A stretch of DNA of 64,000 nt. Origin: Negaprion brevirostris (taxonomy: Eukaryota). The notes beneath the pieces are model-generated. The model made no database searches and had not been told where the DNA came from. It worked only from the letters and a program-made list of their open reading frames with translations. The stretch lies in NCBI GenBank assembly GCA_030324005.1, contig JARDVH010000193.1, forward strand, positions 40,093,951 to 40,157,950, in the 5' to 3' direction. Shown in pieces: positions 51,966 to 64,000 of this stretch. Within the stretch, counting starts at the first letter, position 1, and the number at the start of each line of letters is the position of its first letter. The translations under genes and the position numbers were made by a program.

Positions 51966-54900
51966 TTTAATGCTACGATACTGGAACCCATTCAGTTAAA
52001 AGTATTGACTTGAACTTTTCCCAGATTCGCAGGTAGGTGTCACACTTGTTCCGAACAGAAAATCACCGTACTTTCAACTAAGTGCCAAAAAGGCTTTTTT
52101 AAACCATATTTTTTTTTTAAAAATCGAATCAGATAGCACTCCCTGCAACAGTGACCCTCCAATTCACAAACCAGGGATGATCAAATTAACGTGACACTTT
52201 ACAATACGGAAGTAAATCACCCTCCTATTATTTGATGCGAATAATTTCACTCCCCATGTCCTGAAAATGTCGCCCTACCTCCAAGTGTGATGCGACGAAA
52301 ACCAGAAATTATTTTTTGTGTGAAATATTGTCTGTGTATCAAGTTTGCTGGAAGGAGATAGAAATATTTGAATTGTATTTTTGTAAGAACTATACCAAGA
52401 GCTTTTACTAATTTATGCGGCTGTTTTTTTTTTGCAAAACAATGGAATCGGAAATGTTTGTAAATAAAATCTCAGCCTGATTTTTCCAAATGCAACGTGA
52501 TGCCTCTTGTTTATGTTTCTGTAGAATGGATTCAGCCCGACTATCCTAATTTAAAAGATCAACAGATTGAGAAATTAAATATTAATGACAGAGTCCTCTA
52601 AATCTTTCGCTGCAGTAAAAGGGAAAACGAAAAAAGAGCTCATTTATAGTGGCAATTAAATTGAAGATGTCAGCCTCCTTTCCCTCAATTGAATTTAATC
52701 AGCGAGCCCATTAAATATTGTATAAAAGCCCCACATTTCGACCTAATCTACGGGTAATTTAAAGTTAGCTGGGCGGAGAGGAACTGGTTTAAATTTTGTA
52801 CTTGACACGTATATATTTTGTTAATGTAAAATTACTCATGCTATTTGTATTTCCAGCGGTCTTTCACCACAGACAATACAGGAAACTCTTGGGCTGTCAG
52901 CCTAAAATCGAACCCAGCACGTGTGTTTCATATATTTAGTGAATTTTCCAACCAGCTGCAATGATAACTTACCACAATGTGAATGTTTTCACAATTAAAA
53001 CCTGAATAAAATACACATTTTTTTAAAAAATAAAAAAGCATGGTTTCATTGGATAGGATCTGAATGTGCCGTCTGCATGTCATTATAACCCATTACACAT
53101 CTAGACTGTTAACTTGTCATAAACGTACGATTAATTCGGAACCTAAATATCACTCAGGTGCACCGCAACACTCGCTATTTAAAAATAAACAACGCCCACA
53201 TAACTGGCCTGTAGACACAGCGAATTGAACAGGATGCTATTCCAAAATGAAACATTTTTTTGCGATATTATTTACTAATTACCCGCAAAACGACTACCTG
53301 ATTATACCTCCCTTGAACAATCTTTATTCAATGTATAAAAGGAAGTACATTTGAAAAGACGTTCGAGAAAAGCGGCTTCATTTGCCAATTCTCTTTAAAA
53401 TGCAAAATCTCCAGTAGGTATTTTTAAAGTAAAAATGGGTTGCCATTAATCTTATTTAATTTCATCTTTCTTAAGATTTCAGTAAATTGTCGGAAAGTGT
53501 CGCAGGAGGCGAGTATAAATACTCCTTGTAACGATGCTAACATGTTCAGAATCTCCCGAACATTCAAATCAGAACTTCTATTTTTATCTGGTGCTAAAGT
53601 GTTAGCTGCACTGGCGTGATTGCAATATATCATCAGGCAGCGCCATAATTATTAGTTTCCCCTCGCCTCCTTCCCCATCTGGCCTTCTTCCGTGTATTCC
53701 ATAGCAGACAAAAATAACCTGCAGCTTAAAGTTATGATCAGTTTCAAAAAAGGAATTAGTAGTAAATTACTTTATTTCGTGGAATCTATGCAAATTAGTA
53801 GTGTGACTATGGTGTCTATTTTAGGAATTAAATTAATCTTTACTTAATTTTAAAGGATTAGTGACTTACAGGCGGTATTAGTCTTAAGCTGATTTTTATA
53901 TTTTTTCATAAAGAAATGATCTTTTATAAGTTGCTGAAGTGCATTAGCACAGATTTACAAATACTATTTCCAATGTTCTACACGCAGTCAGAATATCTCA
54001 GGACCAGCCGTAGTTCGTTACCTTGTGGCTTCCGACTAAATGGTACGAGTATTAGGGGTTGGTGGCCAGCGCGGAATAGGCTGTGGTATAATCGCCCACG
54101 AATCTTCCTCCAGGGCAGCCTTTATATATTAAAGAGGATTGATAGCCGAATATATTAATATTTTGCTATATTATTACTGTAGCCCAGATCCCTCATGTTA
54201 CCCAGATCTCTTATTTCATCCAGCAATGAATATAATTAATGGCATAACTGGTGTCCTGAGTTCAGTAAACTTTTTGTTTCTAACTGTTCAGAATATTTAT
54301 TATTTGGCCACAGTTTTCTGCAGACCCTGCACAGTACACGCGCAGGAACATGCATGCGTGCTGGGTCTGATTCAGCATTCAGATTTCCACGCATTCGAGT
54401 GCGTACAGATGCACATGCATGCATGTACACACAGGTGTATGTGTGCATGCGCCTACCTGTTCCTGCACAAGAACTGTGGCCAATACGCACCGGCATTCTA
54501 TCTGCTTCCTCTGATCAAGTGCAATGTGTCGACCTGTATAATTACCATAATTTTTAAACTTACTAAACACAAGTTTGCTGCACCTGAAACAATGCAATTT
54601 CGTCGTTTATACACTCTTGCTCCTTCTCTCCCCGCAACCCCCCCCCCTTCCCCTTCCAGCCAAAAAATACTCGATTCCTTTCTCTCAAACGGGCAAGCGA
54701 ATGTTAAAGAAATGTCCGTGACTGCTGCAACTTTCAACTGCCTCGTATACTTTCGGGAGTGCTGACACCGATATCGATGTTTATTACAATTATCTAAAGG
54801 TACTTCCTCCGTGTTGCTTAAACAACGATATGGATCTTCAGGCAATTTCGGCTCAACGCAACAGACAAGATAACAACGAGGATAACACTTGGGTCTCACC

Positions 54901-57900
54901 TCCGCAAACTTGAAATTTCTGGTTGAGAAGTGAAAATTAAGACATAAGAATGCGCCTCAGTATACAGGGAAACGTGCACGGTTTTGAACAGGGCCTTTTT
55001 TATTAGCAACAAGATATGTATGTAGAAATGCAAACACACGTTTATAAAAGAGAACCAGGCTGTCAGTGTGACATTTTCAATCAGTTAATGTGGAAAGACG
55101 AGATATACTTGTAATTAAAGTATCAGTAAGTTATGCGAAAGATGGGTACAATTAAGCCAAGCAGTGTCTGCATTTATACGAAAACGAACTGAAAACACAA
55201 GCAAAACAGTGGATGTCGCCCCATTGCTGGAGAATCGTAGATTTCAGGTGGCCAAGTGCAAAGCGGTAAGCGAGGGACTACTGGAGCTACAGACAATGAC
55301 ATGACATTGGAACTTCTAGAACTAAACTGNNNNNNNNNNNNNNNNNNNNNNNNNNNNNNNNNNNNNNNNNNNNNNNNNNNNNNNNNNNNNNNNNNNNNNN
55401 NNNNNNNNNNNNNNNNNNNNNNNNNNNNNNNNNNNNNNNNNNNNNNNNNNNNNNNNNNNNNNNNNNNNNNNNNNNNNNNNNNNNNNNNNNNNNNNNNNNN
55501 NNNNNNNNNNNNNNNNNNNNNNNNNNNNNNNNNNNNNNNNNNNNNNNNNNNNNNNNNNNNNNNNNNNNNNNNNNNNNNNNNNNNNNNNNNNNNNNNNNNN
55601 NNNNNNNNNNNNNNNNNNNNNNNNNNNNNNNNNNNNNNNNNNNNNNNNNNNNNNNNNNNNNNNNNNNNNNNNNNNNNNNNNNNNNNNNNNNNNNNNNNNN
55701 NNNNNNNNNNNNNNNNNNNNNNNNNNNNNNNNNNNNNNNNNNNNNNNNNNNNNNNNNNNNNNNNNNNNNNNNNNNNNNNNNNNNNNNNNNNNNNNNNNNN
55801 NNNNNNNNNNNNNNNNNNNNNNNNNNNNNNNNNNNNNNCCTACAACTTTGATTAGCACATCCCCACACACTTGGTTTTCCAGGCTATGCTTAATTTAAAA
55901 AAATAGATGAATCCTTTCGGAAGCATATCATCACAGTGATAATCTTCTTAAAAACTTGAAACTCTTGATCTCGAAGTGTGTTTAGCTAACCATGCGGCCC
56001 AGCTCCACGAAAGAGAATGGACAAGTTCGATCAACACATTCTCGATGGTCTTACGCGATATTTCATACAGTTCTGGCTTTTTTTTCCAAAAAGAATAAAA
56101 TTGATATTCGACGCAGTTCTACCTAGTGTCAAGGGATCCCTGCTTTACTGTTCGTGTGCATAATAAGTACAAAACACAACTATAAACGCTATCGGAAAAT
56201 GAAAGGGCAGCACTGCTAAATTGGCATTATTTTGCAAGCAGTCTTACACTAAATATAAAATTACAGCCCAACTTTGCACGCGAAAACACCTTTGTTATTT
56301 TGTTGTCACAACTGGACATAAAGTGCAATTGCAAGCTGTTATCCAAACTTGGTACAAGAAGTTCCGTTCTTGTGAAGCTGTTTCTTATTTGACCATGCCC
56401 CCCTCCTTCAACCCTGTTAAAAGTTAGTTGCCTATTTAATCTACCGCCGCCGTCTCCAAATAAACTTCAGTATCCGGACAAGGTGGGAGCCGATAGCTCT
56501 TGTACGCTTTTGTCTGCGTCAGGGAGCAAAAGGTGCCGTTTGCACACTACATAAATAATCATTTGGAGAAAAATCTAAAAAAAATGGCCTACAAATCGAG
56601 TCCATCTGGAGCTGATCGAGATGATCAAAGGCCCTGGTTTGCTTGGGCTAAAATGTTAGTCTGTCTGTGTCCTGCGAGCATATTTAGGAAACTTGTTTCT
56701 GTACCTAGAGAGAGGGGGGGAAAGAACTCTACTGATCCCAACCCTTGACATGAACCCAACAGGGAGACCGCTTTAAAAAAGCATTCAAAATACATTTGCA
56801 GAAAAGGATGGGATGGCGAACGAGACTTTTTTAAAAAACAAATGCCAACTTTGTTTGAAGTACTGGCTGGCGCCGCGGATGGGAAAACTGTGCCGGCTCC
56901 TAATGAATTGCAAGCCTCTCTGCATTGCGTATGTCAGTGTAGTCCTGTTAGTGTGGTAATGAATGGATGGTCATCACTAACGTAAGTAAATCAAATTACA
57001 TAGTGTAGACTTAATAACTTCAACTGTTTTCCTAATTGCTTTAAAATGCCGAGTACAGTGTATACAATGAGCTCTGCGCCATTCGGAGACCCCAGGCTTC
57101 TTGGAAAAACCAATGGATTTTATTATTGAAAAATTATAACTAATTTTATGTGCGTTATATATTGGTCTCTCCGGTCCAATTGAGGATTATGTGCACTGCA
57201 AAAAAGAAATACTGGTGGATAATTAGTGGGGTACTATTATTTTATTGCAAATTATTTATCCCGAAATAAAAACTAACAAACAATATATCTGGTTTGAAAA
57301 CTTTCATGTTAAAACATGGAATTAAAATCTGTTGACATTTGCGAAGATGATGAAACCCATGGTTTAAGCGTCAATTTTTCAGTGGAAGGAGGTAGTTCTA
57401 CCTTTTTTTACAGTAAATGCTTCGGCAGAGAACTATATATTTGGCTGCTTGAACAGTCAAAATGTTGTGAACGGTAAGTGGTTGTGTGTGTATACATCCG
57501 CTTGCAGTTACATTGATAAATAATCTGAAGTGACATTCTTAACCTTGCCCTTTTTTTAAGGATGAAAGGCCAACCCAAGTTTAACAGATCATAAGGGCCG
57601 TACAGCACTTTATGGCGCTACAGTACACTTTCTAATGGTTATATGGGCAAGTGTTAAGGCGTGTCGACCACACATGTATAACATGCATCTGTGCAAGGCT
57701 GCCTTACAAATTAAGCGACTAGAGAGGGGCTTAACTGCACCGCGAGGGTATTTTATCGGCTTAAACGGCCACAGCGTTACACGAGCAAACGGGGCACATG
57801 TCTCAGTGCACAGGGGGAATCGATGGGCTGAATGCTCTTTTAGCCCCATACATGGATTTTTGAAACTTTTTGAACGTGATTGTCCCATTCTCCCCGTTGT

Positions 57901-60214
57901 CTGAAATGCTCGGGCTGGACCTGTTGGAAGACTGGGCTGAATGCAAGCCTCAACTCTCCAAGTAATCAGGAGTGAATTGGCTAAGCTTTTTAAAAAAATA
58001 CTTCACTCTTTGAGTAATATTCCAAAATGACATACCAAACTCCTGATTTTATCTGGACTTGGTATCTTTCAGCAGTCCCTTCTGCCTTATCCAGTCTTTG
58101 TAGTTTTTTTTTTGCTGACGTCGGTCGCTCTTGTTCTCGCCTGTACTCTAAGAAAAAAAATGTAAATAGATTCCAGATTAAAAAGAAATAAAACAGCCCG
58201 TCAATTCATTATGTAATGGGAATCTATTGACAAACGAGGTGATACGCTGTTAATTATTGCTATTATCCAGATGTACAAGTCAAGTTCTGCTATAGCAGCT
58301 TGCACAAACAAACCACTAGAGGCACTGACAAGAACCAGTCTGCCACTTCAGAACAACATCAAATTCAGTTAAAAAGTGTAAAGGGAATCCTATTATTTGA
58401 CCTGGTTAGATTATTAGTAAGGACATCTGCGACTGGCAGCTTACCAAGAATTGCCAGAAACNNNNNNNNNNNNNNNNNNNNNNNNNNNNNNNNNNNNNNN
58501 NNNNNNNNNNNNNNNNNNNNNNNNNNNNNNNNNNNNNNNNNNNNNNNNNNNNNNNNNNNNNACAGATCCGGCTGCCCCCACCCCCTACCAAAGAAGAAAA
58601 CAATATTATGTTAATTCCTAGCAGCCGCCTTTTCCCTCCCCTTCGATTCTGAAGGGGGGAAAATGGGCAGCAATAGAGAGAAAACAGAAGCGATTGCAAA
58701 GCAAATGACTGTTTCTGAAGTTACCTTTTGTGCGCGTCTATAGGCAATCCTGTGGCATTTTCCTCACAAAAAGGGATTATAATACGCCACCGGCGTGGGA
58801 TCAGGAGAGTTGGACTGGAGTACACTTTCAGTGAAATCGCAGAGGGGATAAGGGTCTTGCTTTATTTAATCATCAAATCCCGGGAATGAAGCTCTTAATT
58901 AATTATGGGCGCTAAAAATTCAGCCCAGCTGTTTCTGGAGCTTGGCGCGGGCTCGAGTGGAGAAAGACAAACTCTGGGCTGAGAACTGCGAGAGCACATT
59001 CAGCATAAATCACTTCCTAATGATAGTCCTTGGTGAAAATGAACCTGCTAATGACGGATAGTTTATTGTCCCGTACATTTCTATACCCTGTACAGTACAA
59101 CACTCTCTTCAGCCGAGTTGTTACCTATTAACGATTTTGCACTTCTAAATGTTAAAAGCCTTTTAAATATTTATGTTGAAACAGTAAACTGACCTAGATA
59201 TGGATTGTCACGATATGATTTACAACTGTATACAAACTTATCGAAAGTGGGGAAAAAGGAGCTACATAAGACAAGGTTAGCGAAGAAACAGTCCACATCT
59301 ATTAAGGAAGGAAGATTAAACGAGAAAGTAACGAAAAAACAAATTGGCTTGCCCCCTGTTTCTCCAGTTCTTACAGAAGTCTCTGGGGGAAAACGCGTGC
59401 TTGTGATTTTTGCAGCTGTTTGATAACACTCTGCACAGTCCTTAGACGGCTGATTCAGTTAGGTCTATCAATGGACAGTGCATGCTAAAATTTGAAAAAT
59501 CCTCCACCCCATGTAACGTTATTCCTCGTTCTTTTTAATACACGTACATTTGTGGTGTGAATGTGTATATAACTGGTTAGCTCGATACAGTACAGCAAAT
59601 ATTGATATGCTTACAGATGCAGCAAGCGTATACACAACTGAAAGGCGGGAAATGCTTTGCGTACAGGGCTTGCTTGGTATGTGGGTGCATTTCTAGATCA
59701 GTTGCATTTCGCGGTTTTACGTCGAAGCGAACTGGTTTCGGTTTCGCACAGAGGCCTAGAGTCATTTAGGCGTGAAATTTCCTCAACTGCGGTTACACAA
59801 GCGGCACCAATTGGGTAAAACAAAACCTGATCATAAAATGACCCCACTTGAGTGAGTGGTAAGTTTACAAACTTTGCAAATAAAAAAATAAACTCACTCC
59901 TAATTTTTTGTTGATATTAAAAATGAACTAGCATTCAGATAATGAGCTGGACCATGCACACGGTACGCACGCACATCTGTGCTGTTTGGCAGGACAGAAC
60001 TCTGCTATTCTTCATACAACCTTCACCTGGGATAATGGGTTAAGTAATACTGAATTAGTTACAATGCAGTTTTATATTTTAATTAAAATGATTCTATTAA
60101 TGTAAAACGTTGCAACTTGAAAAACGGCTGGGCTTCCTTATTATATTGCTGTAACATCCTGACTTACCGGGATAATTCATCCATCACCCCCTGTGCTGTG
60201 GCTACCAATATGTT

Positions 60215-60605
60215 AACACGTAAATTTTAAAATTCCCACCCTTAATTTCAAATACCTCCATGATGTCACTCCTTTGCTATGTCCTCTCCAGTCGTACAAG
60301 CCTGTAAGATCTCTCTGCTCTACTAATTCTGACCGCTTGCACAGCCCAGATTTTCATCACACCACCATTGTCAACCACAACTTCAGCTGCTTGAATCTTT
60401 AATTCAGGATTCCCCACCTTAAACCTCCCCACCCAGCTTCCTGTTTTTTCATCTTCCTTTAACCTTAAACCCAGCTTCTTAAACCTACCTCTTTGATCAA
60501 TACGGTGCCACCTGTTCTCACATCTCTTTATGTATATGCTCCAGTGAAAGTATCTTGGGATGCTTTATTATATTCGAGATGTTATACATAAGCAGGTTGT
60601 TGCAA
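60215..60605 (+). mobile_element. L2 LINE 3' fragment
   Basis: TTCAAATACCTCCATG...AAACCTACCTCTTTGATCAA...GTGAAAG..CTTGGGATG...GGTTGTTG tail shared with Deu-SINE 3' ends. Confidence 0.65.
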
Positions 60606-60888
60606 AGTTGTGCAGACAAACTATAACATGTTGTCGTGAATATTGTTACACAGGAGCCGAATCATACCGTCTATGATGGAGTTGACCTTAGGTTCTGCTA
60701 ATTTCAGTTGAATATGGGACAAATAGAGTAGAAACCTAGTTTGGAATTCTTCAGCTATTTATGCCCCGCTACCACTGCCAGCGAGAACAGAGAATTTGGC
60801 AGTCGGCTACATCTTCATTCACAGCAGCGGGACTGGACAATTCCAGCTATGGGTAGGGTCGGAGAGTTCTGGCTTTTTTCTTTCCATT

Positions 60889-61312
60889 GTAGAATCATAG
60901 AATCACTACAGTGCAGAAGGAGGCCATTTGGCCCATCGAGCCTGCACTGACAAACGTTCCACCCAGACCCCATCCGGTATCTCTATGTATTTACTCTGCT
61001 AATCCCCCAAACACTGAGAGCGAAATTTTGCAGGCATGTTCACCTAAGTTCCATACGATCCTGCCCGAGGCAATGGAGAATGCCGTTCCCCGAGCCTCGC
61101 CCACCCCTGGCGTGCGGATAAAAGTCTGGCCTCAGGATCAGTTTAGCATGGCCAATCCATCTAACCTGCACATTTTTGGATTGTGGGAGGAAACTGGAGC
61201 ACTCAGGGGAAAGACAAGCAGACAGGAGGAGAATGTGCAAACTTCACCCAAGGCTGGAATTGAACCCTAGTCTCTGGCATATGAGGCAGCTGTGCTAAAC
61301 ACTGTGCCACCC
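60889..61312 (-). mobile_element. HE1-like V-SINE with a small internal insertion
   Basis: Colinear with the 43692 copy except for ~120 extra bp at ~61018-61135. Confidence 0.8.
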
Positions 61313-64000
61313 TTAGTTGTGCCAGTGGACAATATTCAACGACTGCCTAACTTCGGCTGCGTCAACCTTTTACCAGTTGCCACTCAGCCCAGTGAATTTA
61401 TGCCTCAAGCACAAAGGCAATGGAAGGATTGAGAGAAGAGGTGAAGAGGGCATGCTGAGTGCCATCATTGTCTACCTGTACACTGACAACACTGACAGAA
61501 TCTTAGCAACTTTAAAATTCATTACTAGAAAGAATTATTTCCCGATCCTGATGCTACATTGGTTGTTGCAATCTTCTGGCAGACAGCCTTCTCATTAGTC
61601 ACTTCCATATCTGAAATCTGATTAAGAATGGTGGATGTGATTCTGAGGTTGCTGGACAACAATAACACCAAACTTTCAAAAGAATTTATGGCACAAATTA
61701 ACTTTTTGCTGGTAATTGCTAACTACAAACCTACATGCAACAATCCAGATCATTTTAATTTTTATTATGATGTTACTGTAGGCAATATGTTTGGATGAAT
61801 GGAAAGAAACCAATGAGCAAACTGTCATTAAGCAACATTTTATATAAACTAATCTGAACCAATCAAATCATTAGGGAGGAGAGAGAGACGGGAATAAAGA
61901 AACAGCAATAAGAATGGCAAAAATTATCAGCAGATGGCTTCTGAAAAAAGCAACAAAAAAGATTCATAAAAATGCACTGGGAGAGATGGAAAACTTTGAG
62001 GAGGAGAGAAACAAGCAAAGAGATGGATAGATGTATAGATTCAGCAAGATAGAGAACAGGAAGAAGGAGAGGCAAATTGAGATCAATGAGAGGAGAGAAG
62101 GATGAAAACATTCCAATAGTGAGTTGGTCGTGATAAAGATGCAGACTGTGAAGGAAAGAAAATTACATGCAGGAACCAGGAGCTAAGCCTGATAAGGCAA
62201 GAACAAGTGAATAAGTTGAGCGTCGCTGCAGGTCTACTAATTTCCTTCATCTATCTCTCACTCTATTATGAGGCTGCATCTTAATTTATCTTGGGAAAAA
62301 AATAGTTTAGCTGTACATGAATCTGAAAGGGTCAATTTTTGTAAGGGAGCAGTGAGCAAACATTGTAAATAGTATCAACGATAGTATATGAGTCCCATAA
62401 ACTATGAACCAATGTGTCTGGAGACTATACATGTAGTATAAATACACAAACTAGATTCCTTCTATAAAGCTGTTTAGGGAGCTCCATAAAATGTGTCACA
62501 TTGCAAAGGGGATATCACTGAAAGGCCGTTGTACATAGTTGGTTAGGGAATGGAACCATAAGTAACATTTACTGTCCCAGAGGGCAGTCTACAGTTATAG
62601 TAGGAATTAGTGCTTACATGTGCATATGTGTGTGTTGCTAACCTCACAGTGCCAAACTGTTCAAGTATTCCCTGTATATGTTTATGTCCATTATATAGTA
62701 AGTGCATACCTGTGCACACTTCTGCAGTGCCCAAAAGGATTTGATGGAAGATGTCTGCTGTTTAAGTAAAAGATCATATTTGATTGAGGTGCTTTTGTAA
62801 TTACCTAGCTTACTTGTAGTCTCCTAACAGCTGTTTCCTGGTACTATTTTAGAGGTTTTAGAGATAAAAGTCACAATTTTTATTTAATAGTAAAACAGTA
62901 CAATTTGCCCAGACATCCCTTTTCCTAAAAGAAGTAGGCTTTTATTCATTGAAACCAAACCAGACACTTTGCTTAAGCTTGATGGATGCAAATGTAAATG
63001 CGCACTTATTTAATTGGATCAGGTCCCAAGATAAAAGAGATAAACGGCTCCCAGTTTGCCAAGTTATTTTCAGAGGCATGCAGTGATGTGTGTAGCGAAA
63101 GTTAATGAAGAAGCAAAGAGACAAACTGTACTTAAAATACCTTGGGTCTAGACTTGTTGAAAGGAAGCCTAGAGTTTTTTTTTACATGCGGGAGAATTTG
63201 AGAGAAGCATTGACATGCCCTTCAGTGGAACAGGTGGTGGTTTGTGGAGGATATCTGCTAAACATTACTGAAATAACAGGCGACCGTGGAGAGATCAATT
63301 TTTCTCTAGATGATGCTCTGGTAATACCTGATGAATTAAAAGCTGCATCGAGTTTCATCAGTGTGCACTTTTTGTTCTTTGGTTGCACTTCAAGCAATCA
63401 CTTCACCTCATAGTGTGCAATCAAGCATCAACTGCAAAAGCAATTATTACAAAAACGCCTATATCACTGTATTTACTTGTTTTATCTCTGTAGTTTACAT
63501 CCATATGCATGAGCCATTAACAGACAGTTATTGATACAAACACAGTTTTTGTTGCTAAAGGCCTTCCAAAACAAATTCTCCGGCTGAGTGCCAATGTATG
63601 CATGTTGGCTTGGTGCAAGCTGATTAGTGAGATGATTTACAGCCTAACAGAAAGGATGATACTGTCAAGGCAGCAATTCAAAAAGACAAGATAGCACACC
63701 CGCAAGGCTTCGTTCATGTTAACGTAAACCACCCAACAAATCAAGTCCTACACCACAAATACCTGAAACAGTCAAGCAATCAATTGGCTGCAGATTAAAT
63801 GCAGTCTCTATTACCAGTTTCTCTGGTAATTTGTTACACTGACAATAGTATCTCCTAGCTGTATGAAACCACCCCTCCTCACCTGTCCAACTGCGTGAGA
63901 ATGANNNNATTTCAGGACCGCAGCAGGGCACCTAATACAACAGTTGCAATATTGCTTCTGTTTTCTACCCTTACAAATGGCAAGACAATAAGTCTGAATG

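Noticed and set aside
54139-54765. 208-aa ORF downstream of Irx5
   Set aside because: Non-ATG start, runs through alternating purine-pyrimidine low-complexity sequence (HACT/CMCA), no domain recognised.
55256-55870. Long ORFs spanning N runs (also 35102-35956)
   Set aside because: Artefacts of untranslatable gaps.

Overview
Vertebrate genomic DNA. The repeat content (HE1/V-SINE-type and Deu-type SINEs, CR1, Tx1/L1, Penelope, Harbinger) points to a shark. It is a draft assembly with many short N gaps. The one clear protein-coding gene is the three-exon Iroquois homeobox gene Irx5 (+ strand, CDS 48858-50896), with a 10-N gap over homeodomain helix 3. About 8 kb upstream is a separate CpG-island promoter (paired ZNF143/SBS, CCAAT, octamer, Sp1 and ETS motifs). 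It appears to drive a divergent, spliced minus-strand transcript whose first exon still reads LIHRKMNYSQLVNVFK, resembling the Sowah N-terminal domain. This is the syntenic position of ancestral Irx-linked Sowah and of the mammalian lncRNA CRNDE, and is the most interesting candidate here. The rest is Irx gene-desert sequence: nested decayed transposons, a slightly mutated tRNA-Gly(GCC), TAAT-rich candidate enhancers and a transposon-poor, CpG-retaining domain around Irx5. Repeat boundaries are approximate and family calls were made by eye.
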